DNA from: Lepidodermella squamata | Taxonomy: Eukaryota; Animalia; Gastrotricha | Assembly: GCA_047495785.1 (NCBI GenBank) | Contig: JBLDXI010000006.1 | Span: forward strand, 386,438 to 450,437 | Length of the DNA: 64,000 nucleotides | Direction: 5' to 3' | In this document: positions 49,774 through 62,720 of the stretch, one piece after another | How the letters are laid out: every line of letters begins with the position of its first letter | How positions within the stretch are numbered: the stretch's first letter is position 1 | Made by a program: the position numbers and the translations under genes | Notes under the pieces: model-generated | Told to the model about the DNA's origin: nothing | The model's input: the letters and a program-made list of their open reading frames with translations, nothing else | Databases searched by the model: none

Positions 49774-50994
49774 TTTTAAAAAGCCGAATAAACTCTGGAA
49801 AATTCGATGAAAAAATAATACACAAAAATGACAATGAAATAATGAGCTGATTGATTATTATTATGTGGGTGAAATTAATTACGAGCTGTAATTGACGGTG
49901 GAAAGTCAAGACAAAACGCGCGTGCTTTGTGTGTTGAAACACGCGCCTGGATGCACTAAGATAAAATTGTGACACGGATATTTTTGTCCTATTAAAGCTC
50001 CTCACTGATGGCAACTGTTTACCCCAACCGCTCTTTTCTCCAAGTCGGAAATAGGGCTGTGCATAGGGTGAGATGATTTTACCCAAATTACTTTCCGATT
50101 TTTTTTACTAACCATGATTTCCCCCAAAAAATAATGATTTAATTTACAAAATTATAAATTAAGCTGTCATAGAAAAAGAGAAATTATTCCAACCTTTTGA
50201 GTTCCGAGAAATACTGACATCCGCCCAGTATGCTGATCTAAATTTCTGATTTTAAGCTTATAGCAGCAGCTTTAAAAGTCGCATAGGCTAAAGGAATGCA
50301 CTTTTGAACTAAAAAATTGAAGTGCCGAGAGACATAAATGATGACGTGAATTTGTTAATAATCGATGATGCAACAGTACCAATGAAATGTTTACTAATTA
50401 ACTCTGTTTAATCAGTCTTAATTATATTATTGTGACAAATTTCCTGAAATAATTGTCCTCATAATTTTCTGATATTCAAATACCTGGTCCATTTGTCCTG
50501 GGTAAAATTAAAGAGGTAACTAACAATTTTGATAATAAAAATAAATAAAGCGGTTCTTACTTTGCGCGAAAAATATTTCGGAAGGGAAATCACATTTCCG
50601 AAAATGTGTGTCTAAAAACGGGATTTTATATTTACAGCATAGGACAATCAAACAATTACGATCAAGTCATTTCCAGGTGCGAATTGACAGGTGATATAAA
50701 CAGGCTGTGACAGAGGTTCATAATTTAGATATTGAATTATTAAAATAGTTGGGTCGATCCTCGTTGTTATTGTTTCACAGCTCAAGGCCAATGACAAAAA
50801 TGTCCCCCTTAATTTTGAGAATAATTGGCTGAACAAAACGACAGGCCTTTATTCGTGGAAAATGCCGAACTCTTAAAAATTACCCGGAATTCGGGAAAAA
50901 AGGCTCTTAAAATTGTTCAAACCTTTAAATCATTTATTCATCCCGCGTAAATAATGTTATTAAAATCATAAAAATTGGAGTGCAATTAAAGTTT

Positions 50995-52483
50995 TCATTC
51001 TTCCAGCGGTGGCAGCCCGATCATGCGATATCGCTTCTCGCATTCATCAGCCTCCAGACGATGTAGGTCAATGAAAATGCTGTTCAAATGCATGAGGTCA
51101 GTGCGGTTATTAGCCAACTGCGCGATGACCTCCTTTGAAGCTACGTCAAATTGCGTAACTAGGTCATTGTAAATCAGGTCAAAGAAGTGCTTCCGTAATT
51201 GCGGCGACTTCGCCTGACGTGACCAGTACAAATTTAACGTAGCATAAAGCTCTTGATTTACAGTTTCGACAGCGCAAAGACTTCGTAACTGCCTCTTACT
51301 CGAGCCATTAGCTGATGAAAAAAAGAATTAAGGTGGAATTTTTAAAATGTTTAATTTTACCTCGAAAGAAAACCATAGCTTGTAGAATGCAGAATTCAAA
51401 GTAAGACGGACCCCAAGCCGCCATAGCTGCGGAAATTTTCGAAATCGTCGGAATCAGTTTTTTGTGTGTCGGGAAGAAGTCGATAAATTTTCGCGCAAAA
51501 CTCGGATTCATGCCGAAAAAGTGGTCTTCACACGACGGCAGTGAGCATTGCAAAATTGTTATGGTGACGAAGGAACGCGAAAATAAATGGCACCAGTCGC
51601 TGTTCGGAAGTTTCCGGGCAATCGGCCGTAGCCCGCGGGCATATCCCACCCCAGCTGTCAGCATTTGGCCGAAACATAACATCGAATGACCCCAGGCAGT
51701 TGCATCACTGAAACGAAAATTTAGGAAAATAAATTAAAAAGCGAGGAAATTGCGAAAAATAGACTACCTTAATTTTCTAGCTTTTGAAGAAATGGGATTT
51801 TTTCAAATAAATTTTACCGGTTCATCAGCTTGACGTAAAACTCAAGGTGATTGGAGCATTTTAGCAAAATGCAAAAATATTTAAATTTTGAATTTTAAAT
51901 TAAGTGGATTTTTAAATTTTTTTTAAAAAATCACTGAAAAACATGAAAATTCTCAAAAATTCATAGAAAAATCAGAAATCACAAAAACAACCTATGTTTC
52001 TATTTCTAGAATTTTCCGAGCAAAATCCTAATTTATATAAATTAATTAACAATTTTTGGCTCACTTGGAAAATTTGCCTGGGCCCCAATCGATATTTTCA
52101 ATCAAGGATAATTCGCAAGTTGCACCCATTATCGCTTTGACGTTCCGCTCAGCTAGAATGCCATCTTTATGAACAAGTGCCAGTTCAGACTCGGGTGAAG
52201 ATTGGGCGGATCCTAAGCCATTTGCCAGGCATTTGTTAAGCCAGCATCTTATACAATTCGAGTTGTTGAAATGTATCGAGCAGTTGTAGTAGCCAGTTAC
52301 GCATCGAGCATTTTTACATGAGTTGTATTTATCGAAAAATTCCTGGCAGAATGCACAGTAGATGGTGTAGAAGTCAACCTGGATCGAACAGATGGCACAC
52401 CTGGCTTGAAATTCGCTATCAGGAGTCATCGTCGTTATTTGAGCTGAATAATTCCGCGGCGTTAATATTTTATTCGTTGCCAT
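50995..52483 (-). CDS. Nuclear receptor-like gene 7 (most divergent LBD)
   Basis: CAIC-x10-CAFCQEFFDK..CVTGYYNC..CIRCWLNKCLANGL (compare CRxxKCxxxGM); VGYARGLRPIARKLPNSDWCHLF. Start codon uncertain (52483 or 52429). Confidence 0.8.
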
Positions 52484-53678
52484 CAGGATGAACAAAAAAA
52501 TTGGGCATTTTTAATGAAAACAATCATCATCATCTGCCGTCTGTGAGAACGCAACAATGATCACGAGCCGATGAGTGTCAGTTTTTAGCGAGCTATAGAA
52601 CAAACGAGAGGATGGTCCCCAAGTTTTATCCCGTACAACTCATTTGCGACATCAGACACGCGCGTTCTAACAGGGATAATCAATTAATTGACACATTCGA
52701 CCTATTTCCACGCCGTCTTTACACCTATAAGAGTGTCCTAAGAGCAACTTGATTGATGATGCCCTTGAATTCAAACAAGTCCGTTAACAGTTACATAAAA
52801 AAGTGTCGCCTTTATTATTTTAGAAATTCGAAAAAATAGAAAATAATAAATAATAATATCCGGTCGGGTTGTTAACAGTTTATTAATATCGATTTCCAGG
52901 TGAACTAGGCCAGTGACGCTTGACCAAGTGGTGAGTTAGGATTGTCTTCCAAAGAATTTGCAGAATTCGATTTTTTTGGTCTGAATATTTTGAACCACTA
53001 AACATGTTCTGGCACTGCTAAAATTAATCTTAATTTGTCCGATTCTTTGCGAATTCGGCTTTTTCGTTTGATGATCGATACTGATTTCCTCCTTTTTATC
53101 GATGTCGGATTCCAAGACGGTAGATATCGGAAAAATCACTGATTGGTAGAATCGATACTTGGAGTGCAAGCAGAAGTATAACTCGTAAACTGCGTTGAAT
53201 GGAGATGCATTCCTAGTTTCAGGTCTTCTAGCCTTTCAATGTTGCCGATAAGCCGATAAGCGATAAGCAACTAGTTTGCGAGCTACGTTCATGCCTGTAT
53301 ATCCGATATCGATTCCAATTATCGATTTTACAAATCAGTGATTTTATCGATATTAACTGTCTTGGAAGCCAGCAATTGGAATAGTTCCATACAACTTGGG
53401 GTACTAAAATGAAAAATCCTTATTTTAATTGGCGAACTAATTTTTCAAGGTAGAAATCGTGAAAAGTCCGAACAATTTAACGCTGGAACCTCTATTAAGT
53501 GGGTGGAATTTTTAGCGCAGAGAAATCCGAAACCCCGATGAAATCTTTTATTAAATTTAGTAGAAATTTCTCTTTCAATGATTGGATTCCCTAGAATAGA
53601 ATTGCTTGGAAACTTGAAAGTAGCACCGGGCTCACTTGGTCAAGCGTCACTGGCAGAGGCCTAGCTTCATTGAAAAAA

Positions 53679-54548
53679 CTAATTTTCAGCTGAAAGTTGA
53701 GCGTTAGTCGTTGCTTCAGGAGCTTCTACCGGTGTTATGCGACTAGTTTCTCTCCTGTAATTTTCGCGAGGATTGCGGTCTACGGCCGCTACAACCGGTG
53801 CAGAGATATCGTACCGCCAAAACTCGTAAGCATACGTCAGCAGAAATGCAACTACCAGAAAGGCCATGACCCATTCCGTTGACGTTGAAGTCACGTAGTA
53901 ACTCCATCCAGACGACTGCTCACCCTTCTTCCAGCCGCCATCTGTGAAAGACGATAATTCATTGAAATCGCGCCGTCTCGATGCCATTCTTGCTATGACA
54001 GAGAAAACGACAAAGATAACACCAACCACAAGGTACAAAACCGCAATAACTACGCGTAATATCGCCAGCCAAATTGGTAAAATGTTTTTGATTCGCCATG
54101 TTTTAAACGTCACGATTACAACTTCGATTGCGCAGAATATGACTGGCATGCCGAAGGCGAGTAACGCCCCGGCTCCATGCGCCAATGGCACGGCGGTTGT
54201 TTGGAAATTGGCGACAATGCTGACGCCAAACGCCGCGCTGAGTCCACTAGCGAGTTGAATACGATTGAAAATGACGATCACTCGGCTTTTTTCGCAGATT
54301 TTCAGTTCATTTCGTGTTATGTAGTCGGCGACTTGCCGGTATCGGAAGTAGACTATTGTAGCGAAGAGGACAGCTGCCATGTTGAGCAATTGGCCGAAGA
54401 GACAACTCTCGGGCACTGTTGTACCTGTAGCGCTTATGTAGGGGAATTCAGGGTCGACATGGCCCATGTGGACGGCGAGGATGTAAGTGGCGATGAGGGA
54501 TAGCGGTAGAAAGACAACCAGGGCTATGAGCAGCCATAATAGGCGCAT
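53679..54548 (-). CDS. DRAM/TMEM150 (Frag1/DRAM/Sfk1 family) 6-TM protein, intronless
   Basis: Motifs PYISATGTTVPESCLFGQLLN, YFRY, IVANFQ, HGAGALLAFG, EW; six hydrophobic segments. Confidence 0.9.
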   Translation of the reverse strand: MRLLWLLIALVVFLPLSLIATYILAVHMGHVDPEFPYISATGTTVPESCLFGQLLNMAAVLFATIVYFRYRQVADYITRNELKICEKSRVIVIFNRIQLASGLSAAFGVSIVANFQTTAVPLAHGAGALLAFGMPVIFCAIEVVIVTFKTWRIKNILPIWLAILRVVIAVLYLVVGVIFVVFSVIARMASRRRDFNELSSFTDGGWKKGEQSSGWSYYVTSTSTEWVMAFLVVAFLLTYAYEFWRYDISAPVVAAVDRNPRENYRRETSRITPVEAPEATTNAQLSAEN

Positions 54549-56308
54549 GTTGTAGTATATAGTATAGCAACGCTATAGTACCAGCATAGAGATCAGATTA
54601 ACCAGAGAGGAAACTGATGCAGAAAAAATTCTTTAAACATTAATTTCGCATTATTTTCATTAAAGAGGAATTTAAATATTATTCGCCGCCTTCGAGCTTA
54701 GGGAAAACATCAAATTTAGTCATCAGGTTACTCGAATACATGATTAAAAAGCATACTACATAATTCCTCGTCCCAAAAGTAGGCATACTAGACCTAAAAA
54801 CCGATCGAGATGACAATAAATAGTTTAATGTCAGTTTTCGCGATGTGAAACAAAAATATGCAGGTTCTAGGTCATCGGAAATAATTTGGAATTAAAATTC
54901 CTCCTTAAAAAGCTCGCCGACTTTTTGCAGAAAACTTTTGCATCGAGTTTCCTCTCAGGTTGATCTCTATGAGCACTAGGAAAAAATGCATGCACTGAAT
55001 GATGAAAGATGTATATTACTATTACCTATGCAGCAAACAGTAGTATACCTAGGTCAAAACTGCATTTTTTGCCGTGAGTATATTCAATAAATGGCAGTCG
55101 TGTCATTCATAGTTTCGTGAGTTATTAATGAATGCACCCATGTGTGACCACGCCCGGAATATGAACTATCGCCAAAACAATGACAATCGTCAATAACGAA
55201 ATTTGGTCAAACCATGTCTGACTGAGGTTTTAGAATTCAGTTTGACCTCGAAGGTGCACAGGTGGGCTATGTGATTCATCATCATCTTCCTACAAAAGTT
55301 ACTAGAAACTTGTTTACCCTATTCTGGCAAAAGCTCAACATGTTTGGCTGGATTTGAAATTTTGTGGCGCCCATTATTTGTATATTTCCGTGCAACAAAT
55401 TACCCAATTTAAGAGCACCGACCTTAACGTTTTCAACTAAGTTCTGACCTCACCATGAGAACTCGGGTTTTCATTCGATTTCAGAAAATAGAGACCTAAG
55501 GGGAGAGTATGCCGACTTTTATTTTAATGTATTTCAGCTTCATAAAAACATTAAGGAAGACCCAGAACGATATTATTGCTGATTATTGCTTGCTAATATT
55601 CCTAAAATTCGGTTCTCCTCTACTTTGATTTTAGAGGTCTAACCACGCTGATGAAGTTTACGCGGAAAACATCACTTTTATGCCGCTCAACCCAAAAAAT
55701 CCTTACGTTACCGAACAACTCCTCGAAATTGGAGCTGAGCCATTTGAGAAGAATTTCCATCCGCCACCTTGGCCTCGCCGTCTCTTTATCAGCCGAAGTC
55801 ATGAAAAAGTCGATGGTAATGGGAAATGAATTGTTGTTGGAATAGCGATTTCTGGGTTTTGGTCTTGAAAGGTTGGCTACTTTACCCTTAAAAACCTGTG
55901 CGAAGCTTTGATTTGTGCATCTCTTGCCCCAAATGGACTGATGAGAGAGATAAGAAACTCGATAATGAATTCAGAGTCAAACTGCCAGTCAAGGAGTCAG
56001 GGAGTCAGTAAAGCTTTCCAGATATTTTTAAATTTCGCAGTTAATAGAAGTTAGGTAACCGTAAAAGAGTGTAAATCGATTGTGGCGCTGGCTTATAATA
56101 ACAATTCTACTCGGTTATTCGTAAGGATTTGGGTCACACCTTGCATTGAGTATAGAACAGCGTAGGCAAGTTGAAGTTCGATAATTATCGACTGTTACCA
56201 TGGAACAAAGACCCACCTATGGCCAGTAAATGCCGCTATAGATATCGCACTAAGATTTTTGCTATGCAACACCTATGCCACCTTAATCCCTAACCTAACA
56301 CTTCAATT

Positions 56309-58168
56309 ATGGCTTGGAAATCTCTGGACGTTTGCCACGTGGAACGGGTAATCGCAAGTGGTGATTTCGGGGACGTTTTACTTGTACGAAAGCGTCATGA
56401 CAGACAGCTGTATACTCTCAAGGTGATAGAGAAACTCGATAAGCCAATCGAAGAACTCGGCGATCGAGGCTATATCAATTACATTGAAAGGATGAATGAT
56501 GAAACTGCGCTGCTAGTCGCTCTAAATCATCCTAACATCATTCGAATTTTCGGCAGCTTCCTCGACGGTCAGAAGCGGTATCTAGCTATGGAGTTCTGCG
56601 AGTCAGATTTCGCTAAGGAAATCGCTTTGGCGCGAAATGATCAACGTCGAATTTCGGAGAACAACGTCTACAACTGGACGAAACAAATCGCCTCAGCAAT
56701 AGGTTACATCCATGACGCTGGCGTCATACACGGCAACATAAAACCAAGTGTTAGTTGAAACTGATTCGTAAAGCTAAGTATAAACTGAATTTAAAATTAT
56801 AGAATGTCTTGCTCAAAACCAATGGGAATGACTCGAAAAGATCGCAAATTGTTCGTTTGGCTGATATTCAACTTGGAAATAGGTAATTTTTTCATTCTAC
56901 AGTTTTTACTACTCCAATAACTGGAATCGATAATCTTAATCGATTTTTCCTATAAATGGGTTCTAATCCAAAGCCTTTTTTTAGGCGTTCTTCTGGATTT
57001 GGTACCTTTTTATACTCCGCCCCTGAAATCCTTCGAAAAGAGCCGAGCTCGAAGCACAGCGATATATGGTCATTTGGTTTAACAATCTTTGAATTAGCAA
57101 CTCTGACGCCTATGGTAAGCTCTGCTTTCGAGTGATTTGACTCAGTATCAATCTCTCTTTCCTTAGATTCAAGACGAGGCAACGATTTTAGATGAAATTT
57201 CGTGTTTTGAGTCAGTAACTTCATCTCGGATGGAGCTGAAATCTGCTGGATTGAAGCAAGATCTTGTCGCTTTTCTTGATTCAATCATCAATCCAGCCCC
57301 TGAAAAGCGACCGAAAATCTCCGAAATTCTCAACCATCCCTACCTGAATGACCTTCCTAAGCTGTTTATCAGTTACTGCTCGAAAAATAAGGATCAAGTC
57401 ATAGCCATTCGAGACCGCCTTTTCGACTGGCATTTCGACGTTTGGATGGATGATCAAGCGAATTTAACGGACAGTATGGCTGACGCTATCGAACAGGCAA
57501 GCGTTGTGCTTCTTTGCTACAGCAGCGATTACGCGAAAAGCCGGAATTGCAAGGCTGAGGCTGATTACACCCTGCGACTGGACAAACATTTCATCCCGCT
57601 GAAGGTTCAGTCGAGCTACGAACCGAGAGGCTGGCTTGGCATCATGATCGGCAACTCAACAATACAAGATTTCAGCGAAAAGTCGAACTTTGAAGAATCT
57701 TTTGATCGACTAGTCGGTTTTTTTAGGAAGATCGGGCGATACCCCTTAAAATCATCTCGAACGTTTTCATCAATGAGACGAGAGAAATCAATCCTGTCAG
57801 GTGGACGAAAGTCTGGAACTTTCGTGAAAAGCGTAACTTTGTTAACAGGCGATGATGACGATAGAGACGAAGATGAGGAGGAACAAGAGTTGACTCGACT
57901 TGGCCCGACGCCAAAAATAACGAAAATCACGCAAGGACCTGGGTTTATAATGGCGCAAATGCCGCGTGTTGAAATCGGCGCTAGGTCGCAACTTCGGTCG
58001 GAATTCGCGAGAGGTTCGCGACTCGAACGGACCTTACTTGGGCCGAAACTTGAAGATGCCCTGATACCACCTTACGGCAAGTTCGGAGTGATTAAAACTA
58101 CTTCGAAAACATTACCGCCAGTATGGATACAGCGTAAAATGAAAACACTCAATGACTTGAAGCAATAA
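56309..58168 (+). CDS. Pseudokinase-TIR fusion protein, 550 aa (exons 56309-56749, 56803-56882, 56985-57114, 57167-58168)
   Basis: Spliced kinase fold: IASGDFGDV, YTLK, LNHPNII, HGNIKPS|NVLL, LADIQ, GTFLYSAPE, SDIWSFG, PEKRP. Directly followed by a TIR_2-like domain LFISY..VWMD..MADAIEQASVVLLCYSSDYAKSRNCKAEADY..IPL..GWLG. All three GT-AG introns keep the frame. Confidence 0.92.
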
Positions 58169-60860
58169 AATTGTTGTTCCTTAAATTAAATGGAGAGTTA
58201 GTCGTATATAGTATCATATGCGTTGTATTCAACAGTTTTCGATTCATATTCAGCCGCGTTGCAGTCGGACACGCATCCGTAGTCACAATGTGCAGGTGTC
58301 AATCCGCATCGACCTTGAAACAGAGAAAACAGTTTTTACCCTCAAAATCCCAATGAACCGAGTCTATACGTTATGTTAAGGTCTTAGGACTTTTGGGAAA
58401 GTTGTGAAATTGGAAAAGTCACGATTCCCAGTGTGCGAAGTACGGAGAGGGGGACGGGTGACAGGGGGTACCCGCACTTTAAAAGGTCCAGGTAAGAAAA
58501 CCCAATAACCTCTGGGGGAACCCTTGGTTCAGATGAAAAATACCCACTTACTACCACCTCAAGGATCCTATACTTAATCGATTGCATATTTCGGAACAAT
58601 TTAGATCCATAACATTTGGGATGTGCCCATGGACACCCTTCCAACGTCAAAAACAAGAAATTCCTGGGATTGATGCCGAGAAGCTATTCCATTTGAATTA
58701 TATGAATGTGATTTGAATGTTACCGTATTGGCTGCAACAGTAGCCATTTTGACAAGGCTGCCCTTCGCCACATTCTCTGTTTACATCCTTAGCGTCGCAC
58801 TTGCTTTGACAGCCCGAGCCGCAATGAGCCTCCGTGTACCCGCAGTAGCCTATTAAAATGTTCAAAAATTACTGTAGTTTGAAAAATCTCTTCTAGCGAG
58901 TGTGTCCCTGGATAAAGGAAACTTTTAGAGGAATTAGGATCTTGGCCAACAATCTAGTAAAGTTGTAGGCTATTTTTTCGAATTACCGTACTTGCTGCAA
59001 CACGCCTGCGGACACGGCCGGCTAGATGAACAAGTGGTGTCATCGGAAGAATCAACTAAAAGGCTGTTGGAAGCAAAAGCCAACAGCAGGAAAAACACTC
59101 TTTTAGGAAACATAATTCAAACGATTTTATCTCGCAGACAACTTAAACAGCCGGTACTATTCTGTGATTAAAAATTCCTAAAACGTTTCTTCCATGGAAG
59201 CATATACATATGATCACATCCTCTTATGTAATTCAGTTATAATCATTAATTTCATCCCCTCGTGAAACACATAAAAAGACTATGGCAACGATTGTGTGGG
59301 ATTTGCGGATGATTTAGCAGATTGAACCCTAGACAACTTACTCGTGCTACGCCATTGACGCCAGAAGGTCAGTAGATTCATAAGTGATTGGAAGTCAATA
59401 AAAAAATATTCGATTATTTTTTTGCTGGTTTCGAGACCGTTCCGATTTTCCCGCGTTTGATTGATGGATTCAGAAAGAGGTTTCGAAACGGTTTGATTGA
59501 ATATTGAAGATTGAAGCTATCTAGGCGAAAGTTGATATTTGAACCCTAAATTCAGCCTTGGTTATCGTAAGGATTTCCTACAGGCAAACAAATCGAAAAT
59601 GATGTTCACCTTACCTCCAAGCACTGATGAATGATCTGATCTCTCATGGTGTAGTACCCGTTTACTCGCGAATAAACAGTCTACAGTAAATTATGTCTAG
59701 GATTCAATCTGCTAAATCATCCGCAAATCCCACACAATCGTTGCCATAGTCTTTTTATGTGTTTCACGAGGGGATGAAATTAATGATTATAACTGAATTA
59801 CATAAGAGGATGTGATCATATGTATATGCTTCCATGGAAGAAACGTTTTAGGAATTTTTAATCACAGAATAGTACCGGCTGTTTAAGTTGTCTGCGAGAT
59901 AAAATCGTTTGAATTATGTTTCCTAAAAGAGTGTTTTTCCTGCTGTTGGCTTTTGCTTCCAACAGCCTTTTAGTTGATTCTTCCGATGACACCACTTGTT
60001 CATCTAGCCGGCCGTGTCCGCAGGCGTGTTGCAGCAAGTACGGTAATTCGAAAAAATAGCCTACAACTTTACTAGATTGTTGGCCAAGATCCTAATTCCT
60101 CTAAAAGTTTCCTTTATCCAGGGACACACTCGCTAGAAGAGATTTTTCAAACTACAGTAATTTTTGAACATTTTAATAGGCTACTGCGGGTACACGGAGG
60201 CTCATTGCGGCTCGGGCTGTCAAAGCAAGTGCGACGCTAAGGATGTAAACAGAGAATGTGGCGAAGGGCAGCCTTGTCAAAATGGCTACTGTTGCAGCCA
60301 ATACGGTAACATTCAAATCACATTCATATAATTCAAATGGAATAGCTTCTCGGCATCAATCCCAGGAATTTCTTGTTTTTGACGTTGGAAGGGTGTCCAT
60401 GGGCACATCCCAAATGTTATGGATCTAAATTGTTCCGAAATATGCAATCGATTAAGTATAGGATCCTTGAGGTGGTAGTAAGTGGGTATTTTTCATCTGA
60501 ACCAAGGGTTCCCCCAGAGGTTATTGGGTTTTCTTACCTGGACCTTTTAAAGTGCGGGTACCCCCTGTCACCCGTCCCCCTCTCCGTACTTCGCACACTG
60601 GGAATCGTGACTTTTCCAATTTCACAACTTTCCCAAAAGTCCTAAGACCTTAACATAACGTATAGACTCGGTTCATTGGGATTTTGAGGGTAAAAACTGT
60701 TTTCTCTGTTTCAAGGTCGATGCGGATTGACACCTGCACATTGTGACTACGGATGCGTGTCCGACTGCAACGCGGCTGAATATGAATCGAAAACTGTTGA
60801 ATACAACGCATATGATACTATATACGACTAACTCTCCATTTAATTTAAGGAACAACAATT

Positions 60861-62720
60861 TTATTGCTTCAAGTCATTGAGTGTTTTCATTTTACGCTGT
60901 ATCCATACTGGCGGTAATGTTTTCGAAGTAGTTTTAATCACTCCGAACTTGCCGTAAGGTGGTATCAGGGCATCTTCAAGTTTCGGCCCAAGTAAGGTCC
61001 GTTCGAGTCGCGAACCTCTCGCGAATTCCGACCGAAGTTGCGACCTAGCGCCGATTTCAACACGCGGCATTTGCGCCATTATAAACCCAGGTCCTTGCGT
61101 GATTTTCGTTATTTTTGGCGTCGGGCCAAGTCGAGTCAACTCTTGTTCCTCCTCATCTTCGTCTCTATCGTCATCATCGCCTGTTAACAAAGTTACGCTT
61201 TTCACGAAAGTTCCAGACTTTCGTCCACCTGACAGGATTGATTTCTCTCGTCTCATTGATGAAAACGTTCGAGATGATTTTAAGGGGTATCGCCCGATCT
61301 TCCTAAAAAAACCGACTAGTCGATCAAAAGATTCTTCAAAGTTCGACTTTTCGCTGAAATCTTGTATTGTTGAGTTGCCGATCATGATGCCAAGCCAGCC
61401 TCTCGGTTCGTAGCTCGACTGAACCTTCAGCGGGATGAAATGTTTGTCCAGTCGCAGGGTGTAATCAGCCTCAGCCTTGCAATTCCGGCTTTTCGCGTAA
61501 TCGCTGCTGTAGCAAAGAAGCACAACGCTTGCCTGTTCGATAGCGTCAGCCATACTGTCCGTTAAATTCGCTTGATCATCCATCCAAACGTCGAAATGCC
61601 AGTCGAAAAGGCGGTCTCGAATGGCTATGACTTGATCCTTATTTTTCGAGCAGTAACTGATAAACAGCTTAGGAAGGTCATTCAGGTAGGGATGGTTGAG
61701 AATTTCGGAGATTTTCGGTCGCTTTTCAGGGGCTGGATTGATGATTGAATCAAGAAAAGCGACAAGATCTTGCTTCAATCCAGCAGATTTCAGCTCCATC
61801 CGAGATGAAGTTACTGACTCAAAACACGAAATTTCATCTAAAATCGTTGCCTCGTCTTGAATCTAAGGAAAGAGAGATTGATACTGAGTCAAATCACTCG
61901 AAAGCAGAGCTTACCATAGGCGTCAGAGTTGCTAATTCAAAGATTGTTAAACCAAATGACCATATATCGCTGTGCTTCGAGCTCGGCTCTTTTCGAAGGA
62001 TTTCAGGGGCGGAGTATAAAAAGGTACCAAATCCAGAAGAACGCCTAAAAAAAGGCTTTGGATTAGAACCCATTTATAGGAAAAATCGATTAAGATTATC
62101 GATTCCAGTTATTGGAGTAGTAAAAACTGTAGAATGAAAAAATTACCTATTTCCAAGTTGAATATCAGCCAAACGAACAATTTGCGATCTTTTCGAGTCA
62201 TTCCCATTGGTTTTGAGCAAGACATTCTATAATTTTAAATTCAGTTTATACTTAGCTTTACGAATCAGTTTCAACTAACACTTGGTTTTATGTTGCCGTG
62301 TATGACGCCAGCGTCATGGATGTAACCTATTGCTGAGGCGATTTGTTTCGTCCAGTTGTAGACGTTGTTCTCCGAAATTCGACGTTGATCATTTCGCGCC
62401 AAAGCGATTTCCTTAGCGAAATCTGACTCGCAGAACTCCATAGCTAGATACCGCTTCTGACCGTCGAGGAAGCTGCCGAAAATTCGAATGATGTTAGGAT
62501 GATTTAGAGCGACTAGCAGCGCAGTTTCATCATTCATCCTTTCAATGTAATTGATATAGCCTCGATCGCCGAGTTCTTCGATTGGCTTATCGAGTTTCTC
62601 TATCACCTTGAGAGTATACAGCTGTCTGTCATGACGCTTTCGTACAAGTAAAACGTCCCCGAAATCACCACTTGCGATTACCCGTTCCACGTGGCAAACG
62701 TCCAGAGATTTCCAAGCCAT
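60861..62720 (-). CDS. Second, identical copy of the pseudokinase-TIR gene (exons 62720-62280, 62226-62147, 62044-61915, 61862-60861)
   Basis: Mirror image of 56309-58168 with identical translations in the ORF track. Confidence 0.9.

Noticed and set aside
57350-57720. Bacterial TIR anti-phage gene (Thoeris-like) from contamination
   Set aside because: The TIR is in a gene with three spliceosomal introns and is fused to a eukaryotic-type kinase fold.
58171-60858. Small mirrored ORFs (61 and 90 aa) in the palindrome arms
   Set aside because: Non-ATG starts, no motifs, and duplicated only because of the palindrome.
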